The notes: generated by a model from the letters alone, not told the origin. Counted from the stretch's first letter, positions 50,653 through 60,780 are shown. The stretch: 64,000 nt of DNA from Nannocystales bacterium (GCA_050633305.1 JBOEGF010000014.1:395436-459435), one strand, 5' to 3'. Program-made: numbers and translations.

Positions 50653-52089
50653 ATGCTGACTCACGACACCTGGCTCCGCGCGATGCTGGCGACCCTACGG
50701 TCCGTCGCCGTGCAACGTGATCCCAGTGCCGTCGAGGTGATCGTCCGCGAACTGCTCCTCGACCACGTTGGAGAACGGGCGCGCTGCCTGTTCTACGACG
50801 GCGACTCGCACGCCCTTTGGTGCTCCGACGAGGACGTCCCAAGCGACGCTCTTGGGCTGAGCCACGAAGCGGTGCGCACACTCGATGCGTACGTCGTCGA
50901 GCAGACGGCGGATGACCCTCGCGTGGTGCTGAGCGTCGACGATCCTGCGGCTGTGTGTGGGCGACTGTTGATTCAGCCGGTCTACACCGCCGCAGGCGAG
51001 GTGCACGCGGTCTTGACCGTGGGCCGCTCCATGGCTGCGCCGAGCTTCTCCGAGCGAGATCAGGCGCGCGTCTGCGACGTCGCGATGCGTCTGGCACCGT
51101 TGCTCGATCAACTGGCGTTGCAGGTGGAGCTCGATACCACCGAGGCCAAGACGGACCCCGGTGTCCCGAGCCTGCAGGGCCCCTATCGTCCCGAAGCAGT
51201 TGCCGCCTACATGACCCGCAGTGAGTGGGGCGAGGCGATGCACGTCAACTCCGGGTGGATCAGCGTCTCATACCGAATTCTGGTTTCGCTTCTCGTCGCA
51301 GCGGTCGTCTACGTGACGGCCGTCCCGGTGGGGGACTACGCGCGCGGCCCTGCTGTCGTTCGGCTCGGCGGGAGGGTGGAGGCCACAGCCCGAACCGGAG
51401 GCAGCGTTGTCGAAGTCTACGTCCGGCCCGGTGACGTCGTGGCGGCTGAGCAACCCCTCGTTCGGCTCCATGACGCCGCAGATGCGGCCGAGCTCCGGCG
51501 TCTGTCGGTCGAACTCGAGCTCAAGCTTCGCGCCATGCTCAGCGATCCGAGCGATGCCTTGGCCCGGGAAGCCGTCGCGCGCATCCGGGCCGAACAGGAA
51601 CGGGCCGAGCTCCGGGCTCGCGACCATGTGGTCCGGGCTCCCGTCGCTGGCGTTGTCCGAGACGTTCGGGCGCGCACGGGGCAGGTCGTCGAAGCGGGCG
51701 ACGTGCTCATGTCGGTGGGGGGCGAGCACTCCGCGCCGCAGCTGGTCGCGTTGATCCCCGGTGACGAGCGGCCGCGGCTTCGCCGAGGGATGGAGTTCCG
51801 TCTGGAGCTCGATGGGTATCCCGACGCGCCCCAAAGCGTGAAGGTCGACGCCGTCGACGAAGATGTGGTGAGCGCCGACGAAGCGCTACGGCTGCTGGGC
51901 CCCGCGGTCGCCCAAGGCCTGGCCGTCAATGGGCCGGTGGTGATCGTTCGAGCCTCGCTCTCCCAGGCCAGCTTCGTGTCTCGGCAGCAATCGTTTCAGT
52001 TTCACGACGGCATGCGTGGAGAGGCGGAAATCGAGGTGCGGACGACCTCGATCATCGAAGCGCTGATCCCCGCACTGGAGGAGCTATGA
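50653..52089 (+). CDS. HlyD-family adaptor with N-terminal GAF-like domain
   Basis: N-terminus LLIQPV...VHAVLTVGR...FSERD (GAF-like); TM; VYVRPGDVV and VRAPVAGVV lipoyl half-motifs; GMRGEAEI. Confidence 0.85.
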   Translation: MLTHDTWLRAMLATLRSVAVQRDPSAVEVIVRELLLDHVGERARCLFYDGDSHALWCSDEDVPSDALGLSHEAVRTLDAYVVEQTADDPRVVLSVDDPAAVCGRLLIQPVYTAAGEVHAVLTVGRSMAAPSFSERDQARVCDVAMRLAPLLDQLALQVELDTTEAKTDPGVPSLQGPYRPEAVAAYMTRSEWGEAMHVNSGWISVSYRILVSLLVAAVVYVTAVPVGDYARGPAVVRLGGRVEATARTGGSVVEVYVRPGDVVAAEQPLVRLHDAADAAELRRLSVELELKLRAMLSDPSDALAREAVARIRAEQERAELRARDHVVRAPVAGVVRDVRARTGQVVEAGDVLMSVGGEHSAPQLVALIPGDERPRLRRGMEFRLELDGYPDAPQSVKVDAVDEDVVSADEALRLLGPAVAQGLAVNGPVVIVRASLSQASFVSRQQSFQFHDGMRGEAEIEVRTTSIIEALIPALEEL

Positions 52090-54245
52090 CGGCCCTAAAG
52101 GGGGGAACCCGGAGCGCGCGGCGCAGGGTTCCGTTCGTCCCGCAGATGCAAGACGGCGATTGCGGAGCGGCCTGCCTTGCGATGGTCCTCGCCTTCCACG
52201 ACCGACCGGTCGAGATCGGACCGCTGCAGGAGGCGATCGGTGTCGACCGCAACGGGGCGGATGCGGGGGCGATGTTGGCGGCCGCCAGCCGGTTCGGCCT
52301 CCACGGGCGGGGCTTGTCCATCGAGGTTGAGCAACTCGAACAGCTGCCGGCTGGCAGCGTGCTTCACTGGGGCTTCAACCACTTCGTGGTGTTCGAACGC
52401 ACGACCTCGCGCGGGCTTGTGGTCGTGGACCCTGCTGCGGGGCGCCGGGTCGTGCCGTGGCCCCGGGTGCGCCGATCGTTCACAGGCGTCGCGCTCGAGT
52501 TCGAACCCTCCGTTGACTTCGATCCGCCCGCGCGGACCCCCAGCCGTCTCATCCCACTGTTGCGTCGGATGTTGGTGGACCCGCGGTTGCTCCTGCGCAT
52601 CGTCGTCACCTCGCTGAGCCTGCGGTTGTTCGCCCTGTCGGCACCGATCCTGACCGGGTTCGTGGTCGACCGGGTCGTGCCCCGAAACGACCGCGCAATG
52701 CTGTGGGCGGTGTTGGGAGGCCTGCTGTTGATGGTGGGCTTTCAAGCCGTGTCCTCGCTGCTTCGGGGTCACCTGCTGCTCGTCCTGCGCAACCGCCTCG
52801 ACGTCATGCTCAGCGTGGGGTTTCTCGGGCACCTCACGTCGCTCCCGTACGCGTTCTTTCAGCGGCGCTCGTCGGGTGACTTGATGATGCGGGTCAACAG
52901 TCACGCGACGATCCGGGAGATGCTCACGACCAACACGCTGTCGGCGCTGCTCGATGGCACGTTCGTCTTGGTCTACGTCGCCATCATCGTCAGCCTGAGT
53001 CCTGCGATGGCGGCTCTGGTGGTCGGGCTGGCGGGGCTCCAGCTGGTCATCTTCCTCTCGTCCCGTGGGCGGTACCGCGACCTGGCCGCGCAGGAGCTGG
53101 AAACTCGGGCTGTCGCTCAGAGCCACCTCGTGCAGTTGATCGGCGGCATCGAAACGCTGAAGGCCCAAGGCTGCGAGCGTCGGGCTGTCCAGCGGTGGAA
53201 CCACGCGTTCGTCGACGAGATCAATGTCTCGCTCGCGCGGGGCCGGCTCGCTGTTCTCATCGAGGCGGCCACCACCGCGTTTCAGACCCTGGCGCCGCTT
53301 TCGGTCCTCGGGCTGGGCGCGTTTGAGGTGATGAACGGCGGGCTCTCCCTCGGGACGATGCTGGCGCTCAGTGCTCTCGCGGCTGGCGTGTTGGGCCCGT
53401 TGCGTTCGCTGTTCGACAGCGCCCTGCAGCTGCAGGTGCTTCGCGGATACGTCGATCGAATTGACGATGTGTTGCGGGTCGCACCGGAGCGCGATCACTC
53501 GACTGGACGCCCCGCCCCGCGGTTGCGCGGGTCGATCTCCCTGCGAAACGTCAGCTTCCGCTACCAGTCCGGAGGCGCCGCGGTCCTCGAAGACATCAAC
53601 GTCGAGGTCGAGGCCGGGTCATGCGTGGCGATCGTCGGGTGCTCGGGTTCTGGAAAGTCGACGCTCGCCAAGCTCATGCTGGGGCTGTATGAGCCCGACG
53701 AAGGCCAGATCGAATACGACGGTCACGATCTGTCGGGTCTCGACTTGGGGAGCGTCCGCCGTCAGCTCGGCATCGTCATGCAGAGCCCGCACCTGTTCGG
53801 AGGATCGGTTCGCAGCAACATCGGTCTGGGTTCGCTCCGGGCAGAGATGGTCGATGTCCGTGCCGCGGCGGAGCAGGCTTGCATCCATCGCATGATCGAG
53901 GCGCTCCCGATGGGATACGAGACCATCGTGGGGGACGACGGCGCTGCGTTTTCCGGGGGGGAGCGACAACGCATCGCGCTTGCCCGCGCCCTCGTGGGAC
54001 GCCCGGCGATCTTGTTGTTGGACGAGGCGACCAGTGCGCTCGACACCGAAGCCGAGCGGGCGGTCATGGGGAACCTGGCGACGCAACGGGCGACCCGCGT
54101 CGTCATCGCGCACCGCATGAGTACCGTCGCGCAGGCGGATACGATTCTGGTCCTCGACCGGGGACGGATTGTCGAGAGAGGCACGCACGAGTCGCTCATG
54201 GCTCAACGGGGTCGCTACTACGAGCTGGCAGGGGGTCTGTCGTGA
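52086..54245 (+). CDS. Peptidase-containing ABC transporter (C39 + TMD + NBD)
   Basis: QMQDGDCGAACLAM, HFVV, VVDPA; Walker A GCSGSGKS, FSGGERQ, LLLDE. Confidence 0.95.
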   Translation: MTALKGGTRSARRRVPFVPQMQDGDCGAACLAMVLAFHDRPVEIGPLQEAIGVDRNGADAGAMLAAASRFGLHGRGLSIEVEQLEQLPAGSVLHWGFNHFVVFERTTSRGLVVVDPAAGRRVVPWPRVRRSFTGVALEFEPSVDFDPPARTPSRLIPLLRRMLVDPRLLLRIVVTSLSLRLFALSAPILTGFVVDRVVPRNDRAMLWAVLGGLLLMVGFQAVSSLLRGHLLLVLRNRLDVMLSVGFLGHLTSLPYAFFQRRSSGDLMMRVNSHATIREMLTTNTLSALLDGTFVLVYVAIIVSLSPAMAALVVGLAGLQLVIFLSSRGRYRDLAAQELETRAVAQSHLVQLIGGIETLKAQGCERRAVQRWNHAFVDEINVSLARGRLAVLIEAATTAFQTLAPLSVLGLGAFEVMNGGLSLGTMLALSALAAGVLGPLRSLFDSALQLQVLRGYVDRIDDVLRVAPERDHSTGRPAPRLRGSISLRNVSFRYQSGGAAVLEDINVEVEAGSCVAIVGCSGSGKSTLAKLMLGLYEPDEGQIEYDGHDLSGLDLGSVRRQLGIVMQSPHLFGGSVRSNIGLGSLRAEMVDVRAAAEQACIHRMIEALPMGYETIVGDDGAAFSGGERQRIALARALVGRPAILLLDEATSALDTEAERAVMGNLATQRATRVVIAHRMSTVAQADTILVLDRGRIVERGTHESLMAQRGRYYELAGGLS

Positions 54246-55180
54246 CTCGGCGCGTGCTCTGGAACGCTCTTTGGCTCGTCGTTGCGGCGGGGGCCTGCAG
54301 GCCATCGGAGGGGCCGACAGAAGCAAGGAGGGGACAAAGCGGTCCCGAGTCCGGCCCCGTGGGCGCTGCAGACCCGCCTTCGAACGCTTTTCAGCCCGAT
54401 GAAAGGTCCGAGGCCGACGGGTATGTCGCGGTCGTGGTCGCCCCGCGGGCCGTGGACCTCTCGGCGCCTGTTCGCGGCATCCTGGTGGAGCAGATGGCGA
54501 CGCTCGGTCAAGAGGTGGCCACCGGTGATGTCGTTGCCCTCGTTCAGGCGCCCGCGTTGCCCGAGGAGATCGAGGCGGCTCAAGCGGCGCTCTCAGGGGC
54601 CAAGGCTGGGTTGAAGGGGGCCCAACTCGCGGTGTCCCAAGCCCGCCGGGAGACCCACCGTGAACGCGCTCTCGTCCAGCGCGGTGCCAGTACGACCGAA
54701 GCCCAGGACCGAGCGGAGGCGAAGCTCGAGAGCGCCCAAGCTGCGGTTCGGGAGCGAACGGCTCAGGTTGCAGAGCGCGGTGCCGACCTGCGGCGGCTGC
54801 GTGCACTGCGGGAGGCCGGCTACGTCCGCGCTCCGTTCCCGGGCCGGGTTGGGGCTTGGTTCGAGGCGCCGGGGTCGGTGGTCGGCCCCGATGATGCCGT
54901 GGTCCGACTCACCGCTGCCGAGCGGCTCTGGGTTCGCTTTGCGGTCCCTTCGACTGACGTGGACGCCGATGGTCTCGCCGTCGGCCGAGCGGTCACCGTG
55001 CATCCGGCCGGAGGCCTGCCGTCTGCCACCGCCACCATTGCTCGTATCGCGCCCGAGCTCGACCTTGCGTCTCAGATGATCGTCGTCGAGGCTCGGTTGC
55101 ACCCCTCGGCCACGATGCGTCCAGGATTGGCGGGGCGCGTACTGTTGGCCGCACCGACTCCCCCGGAAGCCCGTCCATGA
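54242..55180 (+). CDS. Second periplasmic adaptor (RND/HlyD MFP) lipoprotein
   Basis: GTGA overlap with the ABC stop; lipobox AGAC; LSAPVRG, coiled coil, VRAPFPG, MRPGLAG. Confidence 0.88.
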   Translation: MTRRVLWNALWLVVAAGACRPSEGPTEARRGQSGPESGPVGAADPPSNAFQPDERSEADGYVAVVVAPRAVDLSAPVRGILVEQMATLGQEVATGDVVALVQAPALPEEIEAAQAALSGAKAGLKGAQLAVSQARRETHRERALVQRGASTTEAQDRAEAKLESAQAAVRERTAQVAERGADLRRLRALREAGYVRAPFPGRVGAWFEAPGSVVGPDDAVVRLTAAERLWVRFAVPSTDVDADGLAVGRAVTVHPAGGLPSATATIARIAPELDLASQMIVVEARLHPSATMRPGLAGRVLLAAPTPPEARP

Positions 55181-56112
55181 ACCGACCTCTCGTTCTTCTC
55201 TCCACCGCGACCCTCCTGTGTGCGGTCTCGTGTGCCAAGCCAGTCCGGTCGGTCGCCGCGCTCGACCCTGTCGCTCCGGACCCCGATCCCGTCGCAGCTG
55301 AACCCGGACCCATCGCCGACCCCGCGGCGGCGGAATCACCGATCGACTGCGGTGCCCCCATTGAGGGGTCCGAGCCGTTGCTCGAACCGGGACGACTCAT
55401 CCTCATGGGAGAGCTGCACGGCACCACGCAGATACCGATGTTCGTCGCCGAGCTCTCCTGCAAGGCCGCGCGGTCGGGCACCGCAGTCCGACTTGGTCTC
55501 GAGATCCCACGCGCGGAGTCCTCCGCCGTGGCCGCATTTCTGGCGTCCAACGGCGACGAGGCGGCTCTTGCAGCCCTGACCGCTGGTTCACACTGGACAC
55601 GTCCGGACCAAGACGGTCGAAGCAGCGTCGCCACCGTGTCCGTGCTCGAGCATGTCCGGCGCTGGCGCAATGCAGGCCTGGAGATCGTGCCGTTTGCGTT
55701 CGATGTCGACGAGCACGGGGCGTGGAACGAGCGGGACGCGTCGATGGCCGCGGAGATTCTCAAACACTCCACGGCCGACCCGGACGCGCTGGTCCTCGTG
55801 CTGTCCGGCAACCTGCACAACCGCACGAGCGTTGGCTTGCCGTGGGACCCCGAAGCGGTGCCGATGGGAGTGAGCATCGCGGGCGCACGTCCGGACATGC
55901 TGAGCCTCGACGTCCGATATCGAAAAGGAACCGCGTGGATCTGCGCTCCCCAATGTGGTGTCGCCGAGATCGGCGGCAGCCAGGCAGCCCCGGGCGAGAC
56001 AGAGCGTTCGGTCGCTCTGTTTGAGAGTCCGAACGAGTTCGGGCACCACGGGGTGTTCACCGTCGGTGCGGTCGAAGCCGCCGTACCCGCTGTGGCAGGG
56101 GAGTCTGGATAG
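55177..56112 (+). CDS. EreA/ChaN/TIKI-like lipoprotein
   Basis: ATGA overlap; lipobox AVSC; MGELHGT, LGLEIP, ERDASMA, LSGNLH motifs. Confidence 0.65.
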   Translation: MNRPLVLLSTATLLCAVSCAKPVRSVAALDPVAPDPDPVAAEPGPIADPAAAESPIDCGAPIEGSEPLLEPGRLILMGELHGTTQIPMFVAELSCKAARSGTAVRLGLEIPRAESSAVAAFLASNGDEAALAALTAGSHWTRPDQDGRSSVATVSVLEHVRRWRNAGLEIVPFAFDVDEHGAWNERDASMAAEILKHSTADPDALVLVLSGNLHNRTSVGLPWDPEAVPMGVSIAGARPDMLSLDVRYRKGTAWICAPQCGVAEIGGSQAAPGETERSVALFESPNEFGHHGVFTVGAVEAAVPAVAGESG

Positions 56113-56136
56113 GAGGTCAGCCGGGTGGGCCGTGGA

Positions 56137-58179
56137 TCAGCGCGGTGGTGCGATGTCGTTCATCCACGGCATCGGTTTCAGCCCGGGTCCGCGAGCTTGG
56201 GTGCTCACCCAGTCATCGTCGAGGCGCTCGAAGTTCTCGGTGATGACCTCGGCGTAGCTGGACACGAACCCGCGGTAGGCGATGCCGTCGATCCTGACCT
56301 CGATCAGCTGCGGAAATCCGGTGGCGGCGTGCAGCACCTTGCCCACCAGATTTCCGAGGTCATCCGTGGGTTGAGTGTGCACATCGACGATGGTCGGGCG
56401 GTGGAACTTGGCGGACTCGTTTCGGTAGTAGATGTCTGCCAGCCACCCGCCGACCGTGTACGAGACGTCGGACCCGGACCCGACCCTCTCGCCGTGGATC
56501 GACACCGCGTGATTGACGAAATCGAGGTGGTCGGGGGTCATCGGGAGGCCCTGCCGCTCGTTGCTCGCAATCTGGCGTAGCGTGCTCATCACGGCGGCCA
56601 GGCGTTCGAAGTACTGCTTCATCGCGCCGTCGTCGTCGAGTTGGAGGTCGTCGGCAAGCGTTTTGCCATGCTCCGCAAACACGACGAGTCGGGCAAAAAA
56701 CTCCGGGTAGGGATCGACGTAGGCCTTCGGGTAGCTACACCCTGCGATCACGGTGACCGACTGTTTGGCGTAGAGGATTGTGTCGTGGCGTCGCTCCGCC
56801 CAAGATGCGAGCTGCGTGTTGAGGACCCGGCGCCGCCACGCAGGCGAGGTCATCACCTTCGGGAGACCCGTGGGTGCCTGTCCAGAGAGCGTGCGCAGGG
56901 CATCGAGCCAGAGGTGCGACATGCTTCCTTCCCACAGTCCGGGCCCTGCCGCGTCGAACTCTCGCTCCATGCGTTCGAGTGTCGGGCGTAGCGCGGGGTA
57001 ACGTTCGTACTCGGCCGCCAGAAGTGTGTCGGCCTCCGGGTTCCCAAAGATCGCGGCTGCGATGTCCAGAGTGTTGGGCATCATCCGCATCGCGCGCTCG
57101 GGTTCGACGATCGGGAGACTGTCGTAGCTGGTCGTGCTCAGGAGATGACTGTCCGCGATGTAGCGCTGACCGAACACCCACAGGGGGATCGTTTTCTCCT
57201 CCTGCCGCACCATCTGCGTGTTGATGCGCTGTTGCGAGAGCGGCCCCAGCGTGTTCAGAATCTGAGCGGCGTCGAGACTGCCGACGGATTCCCACGTCAG
57301 GCCGATCGTCTTGGCGGCGCCTGCGAACTGCGGCAGCGACATCGAATCCGCCGGCCCAACCATGAGCTGGGTCGCGCGGTCGATCCGGGCCCAGGCCTGC
57401 TGCGCTCGGGGAGTTTGAGACTCCCACAGTACCAGCGCACCCGCGAGGGCTTCCCGTTTGACCTCCAGCGGCCCTGGCCCGTCAGTATGTGCGAGCCGAA
57501 GTTCGATGCGCCCTAGCCAAGACAGCGCACGAAAATACCGCTCCAGCTCAGGGCTACGGGTGTAGTGGCCCCGTGGCTTCATCATCGAGAAGTCGACCAG
57601 CATCGGCTCCCCAAACAAGTGTATCTCCTTCGCACCTTCAGCCGCGATCGCAGCTTCGGTGAACTCGCGAACTCGCTGCGGATCTGCTCCCGCCACTGGG
57701 GCGACGGCGCCACCGTTGAGCAAACCCTTTGCCACCGAGACGATGAGGTCGACCTCGGCTCGCGCTTGTCCTGAACTCCCCGCGTGCTGGGGGAGCTGGT
57801 CTCGAAGCTCATCGAGAAAGACGCGGAGTTCGCCGATGAGAACCTCATGCTCGAGATCGATCAGAATGTCGTCGAACGAGGCATGAACCGCATGGAGTAC
57901 GGCGTCCGCGGTGATGTAGACCGGCTGGTCCTCCTCGAACAGGGCCGAGTAGCCGAAGTGAAAGCTCGGTGCGGTCACCGACGGGACGATGACGAAGCCG
58001 TTGTCTTCCGCGGCCCGGCTGGCGACATCGGAAAGCGGCGCAGTGGCTTCTGCCTTGGTCTTGTCCAGCAGCTGAAGCGGTGCCGCGTCTCCTCCCGTTC
58101 GCCGCTGGAGGACCTTGCCGCTGCATCCGAAACCGATGCAAGCGCTGAGAGCCGACCCTACGGCGAGTGACCGACGCAC
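56137..58179 (-). CDS. DUF3160-like lipoprotein
   Basis: PVYITADAVLH, DFS..KPRGHYT, LNTQLASWAE.RHDTILYAKQS, IVDVHT. Start uncertain. Confidence 0.85.
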   Translation of the reverse strand: MRRSLAVGSALSACIGFGCSGKVLQRRTGGDAAPLQLLDKTKAEATAPLSDVASRAAEDNGFVIVPSVTAPSFHFGYSALFEEDQPVYITADAVLHAVHASFDDILIDLEHEVLIGELRVFLDELRDQLPQHAGSSGQARAEVDLIVSVAKGLLNGGAVAPVAGADPQRVREFTEAAIAAEGAKEIHLFGEPMLVDFSMMKPRGHYTRSPELERYFRALSWLGRIELRLAHTDGPGPLEVKREALAGALVLWESQTPRAQQAWARIDRATQLMVGPADSMSLPQFAGAAKTIGLTWESVGSLDAAQILNTLGPLSQQRINTQMVRQEEKTIPLWVFGQRYIADSHLLSTTSYDSLPIVEPERAMRMMPNTLDIAAAIFGNPEADTLLAAEYERYPALRPTLERMEREFDAAGPGLWEGSMSHLWLDALRTLSGQAPTGLPKVMTSPAWRRRVLNTQLASWAERRHDTILYAKQSVTVIAGCSYPKAYVDPYPEFFARLVVFAEHGKTLADDLQLDDDGAMKQYFERLAAVMSTLRQIASNERQGLPMTPDHLDFVNHAVSIHGERVGSGSDVSYTVGGWLADIYYRNESAKFHRPTIVDVHTQPTDDLGNLVGKVLHAATGFPQLIEVRIDGIAYRGFVSSYAEVITENFERLDDDWVSTQARGPGLKPMPWMNDIAPPR

Positions 58180-58266
58180 CCCTTGACTATGGACACGTGA
58201 GTCCCTGGCCTTCAACCGCGGTGGGGCGAAACTTCGGAGGCTCGGTGGGCGCGCGCCGCGACACCG

Positions 58267-58908
58267 TCAGTTGGGTTCGAGCTCGGACTCGAGCACCCAC
58301 CCGTGGCTGAGGCCGGGGCAGATGTCGTTGAACTCCTTGAACAGCCTGGAGCGCTCTTGGTCCAGCCCCTTGGCAGAACCGGGGGGCACGAAGTCGCAGA
58401 CCTCGGCTTGGTTTGCGATGAACGTGCACCGAAACGAGCTGAGGACCGCCTCCGAATCCAGCGCATGCTCTGCGAACCGGTCGCGTAGGTCCGACACGCG
58501 GGAGTCGGGAAGTTCGAGTGATTCGAGGGCTTCGGCAAACTCGCCGCTCACCCTCGCCAGGATCTCAAACTCCTCCAGGACGTCCCGGCTGCGCTCGATG
58601 TGCACGCCCCGGGCGTTGGGATCGGCGCCCAGATAGTGGCCGATCGCTTCGTCGAGTTCCACGCATGACGCGATATTCTGCTCAAGTCCCTCGAACGTCT
58701 GCAGCACGCCCCGGGCGAACAGGGCGCCACAGCTCAACACGACGACGCCGACCAACCACAGGGGCAAGCTGTTGCTTTTCCCTCCGGTGGTCTGCTGGCG
58801 GAAGTCGTGGCCTGGCCCGGGTTGCCGCTGCGACGCTTGCTCTCGGCGAATGCGCTCGGCGGGAGGAACGTAGCCGGGACCGAAGTTCGGAGGGAGATGC
58901 TTGCTCAT
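58267..58908 (-). CDS. Hypothetical membrane-anchored protein
   Basis: GGAG RBS, single TM, helical body. Confidence 0.6.
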   Translation of the reverse strand: MSKHLPPNFGPGYVPPAERIRREQASQRQPGPGHDFRQQTTGGKSNSLPLWLVGVVVLSCGALFARGVLQTFEGLEQNIASCVELDEAIGHYLGADPNARGVHIERSRDVLEEFEILARVSGEFAEALESLELPDSRVSDLRDRFAEHALDSEAVLSSFRCTFIANQAEVCDFVPPGSAKGLDQERSRLFKEFNDICPGLSHGWVLESELEPN

Positions 58909-58935
58909 CGTGTGCTCCAAGAGCGTCGTTCGGAG

Positions 58936-59772
58936 CTACATCGGGCAGCAGGACATGTCGTTCTCGTCTGTCCCGCACCAATCGTAGCCGACCTCGCACG
59001 CGCACTCCTCCCCATCGTCGTAGCTGAACGATCCACGCGACCCGCATTCGACTTCGTCTTCGTAGCTCATCGATGACAACCCCGAGAGGAATACGAGTCC
59101 GGCGGCGAGGCTCGTCAAGAATGGGGCTCGGGCCGCGTGCCATCGCATAACGACGAATAAGAAGTATGCCGGCCAGAAGAATAGCGCTGCGACCGCCCAC
59201 AGCCCTCCACCCACCTCCGCGATGGCGGAGAGCATCCAAACGAAACAGACGAACTGCATGATCGCGGCGAGGATCACAATGGCTGTCGTCACGCTCCCGA
59301 GGGCATCACCGAACGCTAGGAGCAGGAGTGTCACTGGGACCGCGATGAGGTACGCCCAACTCACGACGCCGAGCGACGAGCCGCGAGGTGCGGGTTCCAT
59401 TCGCTCGATGGGGTGGCTTGGTGGTGGAGGACGCGGCGCAGCGGGCTTCGGGAGCGCGTATGCTGCGTCGAAGTCGACCGCCAAGGCTGGACCGTCGGCC
59501 CCGCGTCCACGTTGAGGCGCATTTGGCATTCGCTCGGCTCGCGCGACGACACCGCAGCGCCGGAGCGCATCGACGTAGGTCTGCGACTTCGCCTGGTCGA
59601 GGTCTTTCTTGACCACTTCACGACCACCGCGGAGAAGATCGGCTGCTGTCGCCTCTGGGAGGCCAAATCGCTGGACGAGCGCAACAGTGGCCTGTTCGGT
59701 GTTGTGCCCCGGGAGCAAGGTGCCATCGACGACGACTTCGTACGCCATGGATGAGGTGGGGTATCCGTTCAT
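58936..59772 (-). CDS. Hypothetical multi-pass membrane protein with Cys-rich C-terminus
   Basis: GGAGG upstream; soluble N-domain, ~4 TMs, CACEVGYDWC...CCP. Confidence 0.65.
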   Translation of the reverse strand: MNGYPTSSMAYEVVVDGTLLPGHNTEQATVALVQRFGLPEATAADLLRGGREVVKKDLDQAKSQTYVDALRRCGVVARAERMPNAPQRGRGADGPALAVDFDAAYALPKPAAPRPPPPSHPIERMEPAPRGSSLGVVSWAYLIAVPVTLLLLAFGDALGSVTTAIVILAAIMQFVCFVWMLSAIAEVGGGLWAVAALFFWPAYFLFVVMRWHAARAPFLTSLAAGLVFLSGLSSMSYEDEVECGSRGSFSYDDGEECACEVGYDWCGTDENDMSCCPM

Positions 59773-60237
59773 CGTCCTGCCTCCTGGAGATGCACCCGGC
59801 GGTCCTACGCGAGCGCGGTTACAATGACCCCAAACCTGGGCAGTGTCCAGGCGCGCCTTCGGCTGGGGACGGGGCCAGTCACGGGCCGGTCGACCGACCG
59901 GATCTGTGGTGATCACTCCGGTGTCGATTCGAGGATGATCTCTGCGTCCTGGGGGACGCGGATGGAGCCTGCGTGCCATGGAGTGGAGACTCGACCGAGC
60001 CGGGCTGCGGCGCGCCGGTCGACTGCGATGGCCCTCCTTTCCAGAACGACCTCGACGGCCAGCTTGGCGCGTTCTTCCAGTGTGGCGGCTCGCCACCGAT
60101 CGGCAGCTCGCCTTGCACGTACGTGGAACCTGGCGTGTTCGAGTCCGCGGCATCTGGCTGCATCTGCGATGGAGTCGACGAATAGACAAAGAGAGCGTCG
60201 CAGTGATCCGGTTCGACGGTGGATGGGCTCCCCAACC

Positions 60238-60780
60238 ATGAGAACGAAATCAAACCGCTCTTTGTCTCTTCTGTCTTTGGCCGCATCTATGGCGCTCGTA
60301 CTCGGAGGTTGCGACGACGCCGAGGGTGAAGACTCCATCGCACGTCAGTTCGTTGCACCGCTGGTCGAGGCGGGGCTGGATGCCGACAGCTCAGAGATGG
60401 ACGACGCGATCGACCTCCTGATGGCGGCGGGGGCCGATCCATCCTCCGATGTGACCGAGCGCCTTTCCGGCGAGGCGCTTGAGCTTGCCGCAGAGGAGCT
60501 CGATGAAGCAGAGCTGGCGCTCACGGCCGAGTCGGCCGAACTTGATCGGCTTCGCTCTGGCGCGTTCTCGAAGACAGGGTATGGCGCAAGTCACCTCTGG
60601 TGTTCCTTGGCCGGGATGTCCACGGCCCGAATCCGGGCGCAGAGGGATGCCGACGCCAGGGCGCAGGCCACATGTGGAAATGCAGCCGCGCTGTCGATCC
60701 CTGGAACGCAGCAGGTCTCGTACTCCGAACCAAACAACCGCTGCAGAGCGGCCTACACGCGCATGTATTCGTGCCTCTGA
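60238..60780 (+). CDS. Hypothetical lipoprotein, acidic N-half and basic 4-Cys C-half
   Basis: Lipobox LGGC; compositional switch at LDRLR|SG. Confidence 0.7.
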   Translation: MRTKSNRSLSLLSLAASMALVLGGCDDAEGEDSIARQFVAPLVEAGLDADSSEMDDAIDLLMAAGADPSSDVTERLSGEALELAAEELDEAELALTAESAELDRLRSGAFSKTGYGASHLWCSLAGMSTARIRAQRDADARAQATCGNAAALSIPGTQQVSYSEPNNRCRAAYTRMYSCL

